Sequence record: SRR22947725_425
Length of the DNA: 59,443 bases
Strand: one strand, 5' to 3'
Positions 26,500-34,813 of the stretch are shown in pieces. The position numbers and the translations under genes were made by a program. The first letter of the stretch is position 1. Each line of letters opens with the position of its first letter. Under the pieces are notes generated by a model, which was not told the DNA's origin, did not search any database, and saw nothing but the letters and a program-made list of their open reading frames with translations.

Positions 26500-29400
26500 A
26501 TGAAATATTTACTGCATATTTTTATATTAATCCCAATGCTAGTTTTAGCTCAAGGGAAGTCGATAACTGGAACAGTTGTTGACAATCAAGGCGCTCCGTT
26601 ACCTGGAGCAACCATTCAAATTAAAAACTCCAACTCTGTAGGAGCGATCTCAGATTTTGATGGGAACTTTTCAATTTTACTAGACAATAGCCAAGATACA
26701 ATCGTGGTTTCTTATATTGGCTTTATTTCGGAAGAAGTTGAAATAACAAATAACTACAACGTTACAGTTAGTTTAGCTCCTGATGTTTCAGAGCTAGATG
26801 AAGTCGTTGTAATCGGCTACGGAACTGTCCTTAAAAAGGATTTGTCTGGTGCTGTTGCATCTATTAAAGTTGCTGACGACATTTCTAGACAGTCTACGAC
26901 TGTTGATCAGTTACTGCAAGGACGTGCTTCTGGTGTTCAGGTAACCCAAAACAATGCGAATCCGAATTCTGGTATTAGTGTACGTATTAGAGGGACGAAT
27001 AGTTTACGTGGAAATAACGAGCCATTATATGTGGTCGATGGAATTATCGTTGCATCTGCAGGCGAAGATGTTGAAGCCGTTGGAGGTGGAAACACGGGCC
27101 AAGAACGTCAAAGTGGTTTGAACGGAATAAATCCTAGAGATATTGAACGGATTGAAGTGCTTAAAGATGCAAGTGCTACTGCTATCTACGGATCGCGTGG
27201 GGCAAATGGTGTTATCCTTATTACTACCAAAAAAGGCACAAATGAAAAAGGAAAAGTAAATGCGTACTTCAACAGTTCGTATCGTACTGTTTCTAATAAA
27301 CTTGACGTATTGGATCCAATTGGTTATGCTAACTATAGTAACGACGCCAATAGTATTGCAGGAAAAAACCCGCACTGGTTAGTTGAAGGGAATACCATTT
27401 ATGGATACGAAAACTATAGCACTACGCCTGTTAAAATTGACACTCCTGTTCAAATATACGACTGGCAAGACGAAGTCTATAAAGTTGGTGTTAGCAATAA
27501 CTTTGGTGTTTCATATTCTGGTGGGAGTGAAAACGGAACCTATTATGTATCTACCGGTTTTAATGACCAACGAGGTTTAGTCGACAACTCACAATTTAAA
27601 AGTGGTGACTTCAGAATTAACCTCAATCAAAAATTAAATGACAACCTTACCCTTGATGCTCGAGTCAGTGCATTCTTTTCAGATTCTGACTTTAGTGAAG
27701 GAGGAGACCTTATAGGAAACTATCAAAGTTTCGTTAGAAATACTCTTTCTTTTAGACCTATATATAAAGTATCATATGGTGATCTATCAGATGCGTCAGT
27801 AATATACAACGATGAGCTTACAGAAGGGATTGATGGGCCTGATGATAATCAAGCTAATCCATTTGCATGGATAAATGATTTCCATGATGAATCCGTAGAA
27901 AATAGATTGTTTGTTAACCTTAGTCTTAAGTATAAACTTCCTGTAAAAGGGCTTAGCTATGAAATCCGTTTTGGTGGGAACAAAAGAGACAAAGAAAGAA
28001 GGCGTTTTTATGGTCCTACAACTTTTCAGGGAAGAACAAACTTTGGACTGCTACAAATAGGGAGTACAACATCAACTTCGTACCAGGTTAACAATTTCTT
28101 ACGATTTAATAGAAACTTTAACAGAAATCACCGTTTAAATGCAACATTAGGGGTTACCTATGATGTTAGAGACATTACTAACAGTGTGTACTCTGTTTCT
28201 GGCTTTGATACGTATGAGCTTACAACAAAACAACCTTTCTTGGGTCAAAACATTCTTACTCCTCTAGCAGATATTGCAAGAGATCAAAAGATGTTTTCTG
28301 TTCTTGGACGCTTTAATTATACATTCCAAGACAAATATATTTTTACGGCAAGTTTTAGAAGAGACGGTGTCTCTAAGTTTAAAGAAGCGAATCGTTATGG
28401 GTTTTTCCCGTCATTTGCTTTTGCTTACAGAAATGACCTAGGTGATGACTCAAACTTTAAAATTCGTGCAGGTTGGGGACAAATTGGAAACCATGGAATA
28501 GGCCCATACGGGACGTTATCAAATTACGGATCCGATCCTAATTCCATCTATGGTACGCCTGGAAATGGAACAACAATTCCATTAATACTCAACAACCTTG
28601 CTAATCCAGACTTAACATGGGAAACAACGGAACAGTTAAACCTCGGTTTGGATCTTGAATTTTTAGGCGGTAGAGCAACTGCAACCATTGATGTATATGA
28701 CAAGGTTACAAAAGACCTTCTTCAGAACGCGCCAATTCCAACATCCTCTGGATTTAGTAATATCCTAATCAATAGAGGTGAACTTGAAAATAAAGGGATC
28801 GAAGTTGGATTTAATTTCGACGCAGTTCAAACGGATGATTTTGACTTTTCTTTCGGAGGTAATATCGCGCACAACAAAACTAAAATTACAAATTTAGGCC
28901 TACCAGCTGGTGAGGTGTTTAGTCAAAGTATTCATGAGGGAACTAAATATCACGAAATGCCTTACTACATCGGTCAACAAGTAAGTTTAGGTAATATTTT
29001 TAAACATGCTGCCAACATTTTCATGGAAGGACAAGAAGCAGCTTTATTCTATGGTTGGAAGACTGATGGTCTAGTACAAGCTGATGATGTAGCCACATAC
29101 CCAGTAAGTGGAGCACAAGCTGGTGATATTAAAATTGTAGATCTTAACAATGATGGTAGTATTGATGAACTTGATACAACAATTATTGGTAATCCAAATC
29201 CTGACTTTGTTTATGGGTTTAACATAAACATGCGTTATAAAAAGTTATCTATTAGTGCATTGTTTAATGGAGTTCAAGGGAACGAGATTGCAAATGGCTG
29301 GAACTATACCTTAGGTATGGCTGAGGGAGATAACGGTATGGGCGGTGCTACATATACAAGAAATGTTTTCCCTGGATCCTATACAAATGCATGGAGTCCA

Positions 29401-29733
29401 ACTAATACCGATACGACACAACCTCGAATTGGGTATACTACGCAAAACAACAATTATATGTTGGAAAACATTATTGAAGATGGTAGTTTCTTAAGGCTTA
29501 ATAACGTTACTGTAAATTACCAACTGCCAGACAATATCATCAATTCTAAATTACTCAATATTCAGAGTGTAAATATATTTGTAACTGGTCAAAACTTGTT
29601 TACATGGACCAAATACAGTGGATATGATCCTGAAGTAACGAGCTTTATGTGGACGGGACTCATTCAAGGGGTAGACTGGAACGGACCTCCCAATTCAAAA
29701 AATCTCCTAGTAGGAGTTAACATCAACTTTTAA
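26500..29733 (+). CDS. susC: SusC-like TonB-dependent transporter
   Basis: LDEVVVIGYG, IRIRG..S, PLYVVDG, VLKDASATAIYGSRGANGVILITTK, NPDLTWETT, C-terminal F. Confidence 0.97.
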   Translation: MKYLLHIFILIPMLVLAQGKSITGTVVDNQGAPLPGATIQIKNSNSVGAISDFDGNFSILLDNSQDTIVVSYIGFISEEVEITNNYNVTVSLAPDVSELDEVVVIGYGTVLKKDLSGAVASIKVADDISRQSTTVDQLLQGRASGVQVTQNNANPNSGISVRIRGTNSLRGNNEPLYVVDGIIVASAGEDVEAVGGGNTGQERQSGLNGINPRDIERIEVLKDASATAIYGSRGANGVILITTKKGTNEKGKVNAYFNSSYRTVSNKLDVLDPIGYANYSNDANSIAGKNPHWLVEGNTIYGYENYSTTPVKIDTPVQIYDWQDEVYKVGVSNNFGVSYSGGSENGTYYVSTGFNDQRGLVDNSQFKSGDFRINLNQKLNDNLTLDARVSAFFSDSDFSEGGDLIGNYQSFVRNTLSFRPIYKVSYGDLSDASVIYNDELTEGIDGPDDNQANPFAWINDFHDESVENRLFVNLSLKYKLPVKGLSYEIRFGGNKRDKERRRFYGPTTFQGRTNFGLLQIGSTTSTSYQVNNFLRFNRNFNRNHRLNATLGVTYDVRDITNSVYSVSGFDTYELTTKQPFLGQNILTPLADIARDQKMFSVLGRFNYTFQDKYIFTASFRRDGVSKFKEANRYGFFPSFAFAYRNDLGDDSNFKIRAGWGQIGNHGIGPYGTLSNYGSDPNSIYGTPGNGTTIPLILNNLANPDLTWETTEQLNLGLDLEFLGGRATATIDVYDKVTKDLLQNAPIPTSSGFSNILINRGELENKGIEVGFNFDAVQTDDFDFSFGGNIAHNKTKITNLGLPAGEVFSQSIHEGTKYHEMPYYIGQQVSLGNIFKHAANIFMEGQEAALFYGWKTDGLVQADDVATYPVSGAQAGDIKIVDLNNDGSIDELDTTIIGNPNPDFVYGFNINMRYKKLSISALFNGVQGNEIANGWNYTLGMAEGDNGMGGATYTRNVFPGSYTNAWSPTNTDTTQPRIGYTTQNNNYMLENIIEDGSFLRLNNVTVNYQLPDNIINSKLLNIQSVNIFVTGQNLFTWTKYSGYDPEVTSFMWTGLIQGVDWNGPPNSKNLLVGVNINF

Positions 29734-29744
29734 TTTTAAGAATT

Positions 29745-31295
29745 ATGAAAAATATATTAATAACTAAGAGTTTATATAAACAACTTATATTCTCTTTATC
29801 CATTTTGACGTTCTTGTCTTGTGAACTTGATGAAGAACCAATATTTTTAGACGCTTCCATTTATAATTCCGTAAGCACGGCTCAGTCTGCACGTGATGGA
29901 ATTTATGAAGGGCTTACTAATTATGACGCTCAAGAAAGACGTTACTTTATTGCAAACGGATTCACTGGAACATTTGGCACAGGAAGAAGTGGTAATACTG
30001 TTACGAATCTTTTTAACAGAACATTAATGTCTTTAAAGCCAACGGCTGACACGGACAATGATTTGCTTTGGGGACGTTTATATAGTACTATCTCAAGATG
30101 TAATGCAGCAATTGCGAATGTTCAAACTGGACAAAGCAATGAACTGGATGATGTGGCTGGTCATGCTTATTTTGTTAGATCATGGGCATATTACTACCTA
30201 GTTCGTTTATACGGAGATGTACCACTTTGGACAGAGTTACCTTCATCGACAAACTTTTCATTACCACTTTCTGCTGAAAATGATATTTACACGCAAATTA
30301 TCGCAGATGCTAAAATGGCTCAAGGTTTAATGAATGGAAATTCTGGAATAGGATACCCTACAAAAAGTGCTGCTGAAATGTTGCTTGCAAAAGTGTATAT
30401 GACTTTAGCAACATCAACTACACTGGGAAGTCCAGAATTAAGTGAATCTGAATACTGGCAAATGGCTTACGATGAGGCTATCAAAGTTTATGGCGCTAGC
30501 GGCCCTAGAGGAGCCTATAGCCTAGTTACTGAATATGCAAATTTGTTTGATTCAAGAGAAGAGGAGAATACATCAGAGTCAATATTCGAGTTACAAATTT
30601 CTGAAGCAGCAAACAATTCACAAATGGGAAGAAACTATACCCCATTTAAATATAAAGTTGGAATGCATTTCGGCTGGTTAAGTGTTATGGCTAGTGTGTA
30701 TGATTATCACGTTGCTGTATATCCAGGCGATAAAAGAATCGCAGGAACCTACCTTACTTCATGGACCCACGCTGCCAATGGAAGTACTGTAACTGTGTAT
30801 CCAAATCGTGCGCGAAATAACTTTAGAAATGCACATCCGTACTTTTTTAAATTCGCTGAAAAAGAACCAACACATCAAAATCAATTTAACGATCAAAATA
30901 TCATAATTTACAGATATGCTGAGCTGCTTTTGATGTTGGCTGAGATTTCGAATGAACTCGATAAAGATGCTGAAAAGATGATTTACCTAGAAGAAGTTCT
31001 AGATCGCGCAGGAGTAACTGCAAGACCAGAATATGCACTAGGCAAAGATGCGTTTAGAGATGCCATTATGGATGAATATAAGTTTGAAGTACTAGGCGAG
31101 GGTGAAGATTTTCATCACAACCGTCGTCGTGGATTTCAGTATTTCTTAACGAATACTATAAAAAGACATAATGACTTAATTGGAACAGCACATTATGTTG
31201 CTGACAGAGACTTAACACTTTCTGAGGACGAAAATGAAGTAATGAAATTACCTTTCCCTCAAAGTGAATTAAACACAAATGAACTTTTAGATTAA
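29745..31295 (+). CDS. susD: SusD-like glycan-binding lipoprotein
   Basis: LSC lipobox; VRLYGDVP, AEMLLAKVY, ESIFELQ, YRYAELLLMLAE, GEG; directly after susC. Confidence 0.95.
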   Translation: MKNILITKSLYKQLIFSLSILTFLSCELDEEPIFLDASIYNSVSTAQSARDGIYEGLTNYDAQERRYFIANGFTGTFGTGRSGNTVTNLFNRTLMSLKPTADTDNDLLWGRLYSTISRCNAAIANVQTGQSNELDDVAGHAYFVRSWAYYYLVRLYGDVPLWTELPSSTNFSLPLSAENDIYTQIIADAKMAQGLMNGNSGIGYPTKSAAEMLLAKVYMTLATSTTLGSPELSESEYWQMAYDEAIKVYGASGPRGAYSLVTEYANLFDSREEENTSESIFELQISEAANNSQMGRNYTPFKYKVGMHFGWLSVMASVYDYHVAVYPGDKRIAGTYLTSWTHAANGSTVTVYPNRARNNFRNAHPYFFKFAEKEPTHQNQFNDQNIIIYRYAELLLMLAEISNELDKDAEKMIYLEEVLDRAGVTARPEYALGKDAFRDAIMDEYKFEVLGEGEDFHHNRRRGFQYFLTNTIKRHNDLIGTAHYVADRDLTLSEDENEVMKLPFPQSELNTNELLD

Positions 31296-31300
31296 TTAAC

Positions 31301-31340
31301 AAATCATCCACTGTGAATTAATACGCACAGTGGATGATTT
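31301..31340. terminator. Perfect 15-bp stem-loop after susD
   Basis: AAATCATCCACTGTG-10 nt loop-CACAGTGGATGATTT. Confidence 0.75.
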
Positions 31341-31356
31341 AATTTATTTTATAATT

Positions 31357-32352
31357 ATGAAACATTTATATACAATACTATTTATACTTTTCAGTTTTAC
31401 ACTATCAGCCCAAGAAACAATAATCGCCCTTTGGGATTTTACTAATGAATCTGGTGAACTAACAGAAACAACCTACACAGGTATAGGCAATAAAAATATA
31501 GGGAATTTTTTGAATGGAAATGTTGTAGACCCCGTCTTAGATGATAATGCAGTTACTGTTGATGATGATGGTTCTACAACTGGTTTTTCAGCAAAATATT
31601 TAGAAGGCTTAGACTTAGGAGGCTCTGGAAAAGTACACCTTTCAATTGCTTATAAAAGCTGGGATATCACTACGGCAAGTACCTCACATTTTCAGCTGAG
31701 AGTTAGAGATGCTAGCAATAATAATATTGCCACATTAAAACTTGAAGAAAACAAAGTGAGTGGTAATCCTGATCCAGATCTAAAAGCTAGAATAATTAGC
31801 AATGTTTACGCAGCTAATGCGAATGGAACCCAAAAAAGCGGTGGGCATTTTGGCCCTAATACTTTAATAAATGATTCCACTCAAAATGTAGGAATTACGT
31901 TAGATTTCGATAACAATACGTATGAAATTTGGAATGGTGCTCCAACAGGTGAATTTTTCTACAATTTTGGCGGAGTTTCGGGTGCAACACCAGAAGCAAT
32001 AACAGGTGTTAAAATTGATCATCTACAAATAAGCATGAAGCTATTAGGGGCTGGAGATAATTATGTCATTGATCAGGTGAAAATTTCAACAGGCGAATAT
32101 GAAAATACGCTATCAAAGAGATCCATGTCAGATGCCGATTTTAGTTTCTACCCTAACCCTGTAAAAGACCACATAATTATCAGCAATGCTTCTATCAACG
32201 ATACCGTTGAATTGTTTAATGTGATAGGAAAACATGTGAAGTCAATTCGTATTCAATCACAAAACGAGAAAATTGACGTAAGCACATTAAAAAGTGGGGT
32301 TTATTTTGCACGTTTGAACAACGGCAAAGCTTTTAAAATCTTAAAAAAATAA
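31357..32352 (+). CDS. T9SS-secreted protein of unknown function (single beta-sandwich-like domain + CTD)
   Basis: MKHLYTILF...SAQ signal peptide (the GTG at 31330 lies inside the hairpin); FYPNPV...LKSGVYF CTD. Confidence 0.75.
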   Translation: MKHLYTILFILFSFTLSAQETIIALWDFTNESGELTETTYTGIGNKNIGNFLNGNVVDPVLDDNAVTVDDDGSTTGFSAKYLEGLDLGGSGKVHLSIAYKSWDITTASTSHFQLRVRDASNNNIATLKLEENKVSGNPDPDLKARIISNVYAANANGTQKSGGHFGPNTLINDSTQNVGITLDFDNNTYEIWNGAPTGEFFYNFGGVSGATPEAITGVKIDHLQISMKLLGAGDNYVIDQVKISTGEYENTLSKRSMSDADFSFYPNPVKDHIIISNASINDTVELFNVIGKHVKSIRIQSQNEKIDVSTLKSGVYFARLNNGKAFKILKK

Positions 32353-32398
32353 ACATATACTTTAAAGCAGGTTGCTGCTTAAATAATATCAATATCTT

Positions 32399-32755
32399 AT
32401 GAAAAAATTTAGTTTACTTATTCTATTAATTGCTTTTACATTTGGAGTTCAAGCACAGAATCCACCAAAATATCAAGTAGAGCGTGCGGCAGTTTTTGCA
32501 GACTATATTTCTGAAAAAATGGACCTCAATGACGACGACAAAGCTTTTGTCATGCAAGTAATGTTAGATCGTGTTGTTGGAGCAAGCAAACGTGTAAAAG
32601 GAAAAAATCTTAGCACGGAAGATAAAAGAGCAATTTATAAAGACGAATACGCAAAAGCACAAGAAAAACTTGCTCAAAAATATGACAAGAAAACATCAAG
32701 AGAAATGATGGCATTGTCAAATGAAGCACGAAAACAAGCAGATAAAAACAAATAA
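32399..32755 (+). CDS. Small secreted alpha-helical, charged protein of unknown function
   Basis: Signal peptide ending VQA-Q; Lys/Glu-rich helical body. Confidence 0.7.
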   Translation: MKKFSLLILLIAFTFGVQAQNPPKYQVERAAVFADYISEKMDLNDDDKAFVMQVMLDRVVGASKRVKGKNLSTEDKRAIYKDEYAKAQEKLAQKYDKKTSREMMALSNEARKQADKNK

Positions 32756-32767
32756 ATAACTCAACAT

Positions 32768-34810
32768 ATGTTGAAGTATCTTTCTTACCTGCTGTGCCTT
32801 TGTACAGCAGGTTTTTTATCGGCTCAACTCAGTCCAAACCAAATGGTTTTAAAAATGGGACGTGGCATAAATTTAGGAAACGTGCTTAGTGCCCCCGTTG
32901 AAGGGAATTGGTCTGGAGCAGCTACCGAAACTTATTTCATAGATGTTGCAGAAGCTGGCTTTACCAACGTTCGTATTCCCATTGACTTTTTTGGATCACG
33001 AACTACCGGGAATACAGCAATTTTCGAAGCCAGTGCTAACACGTCGGTGCAGTATACTGGATCTAGATCCGATTATGTAATTAACAACGTCTACTTAAAC
33101 CGTGTGGAACAAGTTGTTAATTGGGGATTGGCACATGGACTAGTCATCATCTTAGATGTTCATGGGGCAACCTTAAAATCGGAGTTTATTTACACCTTTG
33201 ACGACCAAAAAACGGAATACACCCACCCTACTTCGGCAAAGCGTATAGCCGATAAAGAAAAGTTTTATGCCATTTGGGAACAACTTTCAGCACGTTTTAA
33301 AGATCATTCCGATGACTTAGTCTTTGAAATAATAAACGAACCATACTTTCATCTATCAGAAACGGATATGAACCAAATCAATAATGAGGTGGTGAATATT
33401 ATACGAGCATCTGGAAGCAACAATAGTACACGAAAAATCATAGTAACAGGTGGTACAAAAGCCAGCTATGAAGCGATTACTACAATTGACAGTACACTTT
33501 TAAATAACGATAATTACCTTATTGGAACCTTCCATTATTACCGCCCGTTCGCATTTACAAATTCTAGCGACTACCGCTACAATACAAATTCTTGGGGGAG
33601 CGAAAGCGATCTTAATAACATCGATACAGAGTTTGAGGTAGTTTCAAATTGGGCAGCTAGTTTTAACCCACCTGTAGCTGTTTATTTGGGTGAGTTTGGG
33701 GCAGATAATGTATATGGATATGCTTACAATACAGGCGACTTGAGACAAGTAAACGGAAATACTGCTTCTGACAGTTACCCTGAAGGAACTGGGTATGCTG
33801 ATGGCGGACCAGATCCAAATTCACGTAGTGCCTATCACGGCTATATTGCCGAAGCAGCAATAAACAGGGGCTTTGCGTTTTCTGCATGGGATGCTGGAGG
33901 CTCATCAAATAAGTCCATCCATTTGAGAAAAGACGCACAACTGGTCACCTATGATATTGCGCATTTTGGAATCCAAAGTTTTGTGCCTAAACTAACCTCA
34001 CCAAGTACCGTTATCGAAGACGATGTTTGGGTTGAAGACATAAAAAATGCATTGCTTAACGGCTATACACCGATTGCATGCTCAAATAACACTGTTATAA
34101 AAAATAGTGATTATGAGTGTGGGTATACTACACATTGGTCGCTGGCGGTAATAGGAAACACGGCACAAGCTGTATATCAAGATGCCTTATTTGCCTCACG
34201 ATCTGGATCACACGCTGCTAAAGTTGCGGTATCGCAGAGCGCAAACTTCAACAACGTAATACTTCAAAACGAAACGATAACAATAGACCAAAATATGGTA
34301 GGGAAAACCATTGTTTTTAAAGGGTATGCCCGTGGGTCTACAGAAAATCAAACGTTTAAAATGCGTGTAAAACACACAACAAATGGTTCTGTAAACTACA
34401 CCACATCTTCTCCCCTAACACTCGGACTTGATTATCCTCAAACTCCTCAATCATTTTCATTTACGATACCTGAGAATACCCAAAACATAAAATTTCAGAT
34501 GCTCTGTGGCAATGCTACAGGAGATTACTATTATGATGATTTTTCAGCCGATATTAATGTGTTAGATACAGCAACTGTTTCTGCCTCACCACTTCAGGTT
34601 TTTCCAAATCCGACAGTCGACAGATTATTTATTAAGAACATAGAAGACATCAATACATTAATGCTATTTAATCTGCAAGGGCAATTAATCAATCCTACAT
34701 TTATAAACACAAACGTGCTTGATGTATCCATGTTAAAAAATGGTCTATATTTTATACAGATTATCAGCCCAAATAACAAAATTTACATGATCAAATTTAT
34801 CAAGACATAA
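32768..34810 (+). CDS. GH5 glycoside hydrolase + CBM4-like module + T9SS CTD
   Basis: GRGINLGN, VRIP, ILDVH, FEIINEP (acid/base), FHYY, YLGEFG (nucleophile); YYYDDF; FPNP CTD. Confidence 0.9.
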   Translation: MLKYLSYLLCLCTAGFLSAQLSPNQMVLKMGRGINLGNVLSAPVEGNWSGAATETYFIDVAEAGFTNVRIPIDFFGSRTTGNTAIFEASANTSVQYTGSRSDYVINNVYLNRVEQVVNWGLAHGLVIILDVHGATLKSEFIYTFDDQKTEYTHPTSAKRIADKEKFYAIWEQLSARFKDHSDDLVFEIINEPYFHLSETDMNQINNEVVNIIRASGSNNSTRKIIVTGGTKASYEAITTIDSTLLNNDNYLIGTFHYYRPFAFTNSSDYRYNTNSWGSESDLNNIDTEFEVVSNWAASFNPPVAVYLGEFGADNVYGYAYNTGDLRQVNGNTASDSYPEGTGYADGGPDPNSRSAYHGYIAEAAINRGFAFSAWDAGGSSNKSIHLRKDAQLVTYDIAHFGIQSFVPKLTSPSTVIEDDVWVEDIKNALLNGYTPIACSNNTVIKNSDYECGYTTHWSLAVIGNTAQAVYQDALFASRSGSHAAKVAVSQSANFNNVILQNETITIDQNMVGKTIVFKGYARGSTENQTFKMRVKHTTNGSVNYTTSSPLTLGLDYPQTPQSFSFTIPENTQNIKFQMLCGNATGDYYYDDFSADINVLDTATVSASPLQVFPNPTVDRLFIKNIEDINTLMLFNLQGQLINPTFINTNVLDVSMLKNGLYFIQIISPNNKIYMIKFIKT

Positions 34811-34813
34811 CTC

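Noticed and set aside
31330-31356. GTG start at 31330 for the post-susD gene
   Set aside because: It lies within the stem-loop; ATG 31357 gives a normal signal peptide
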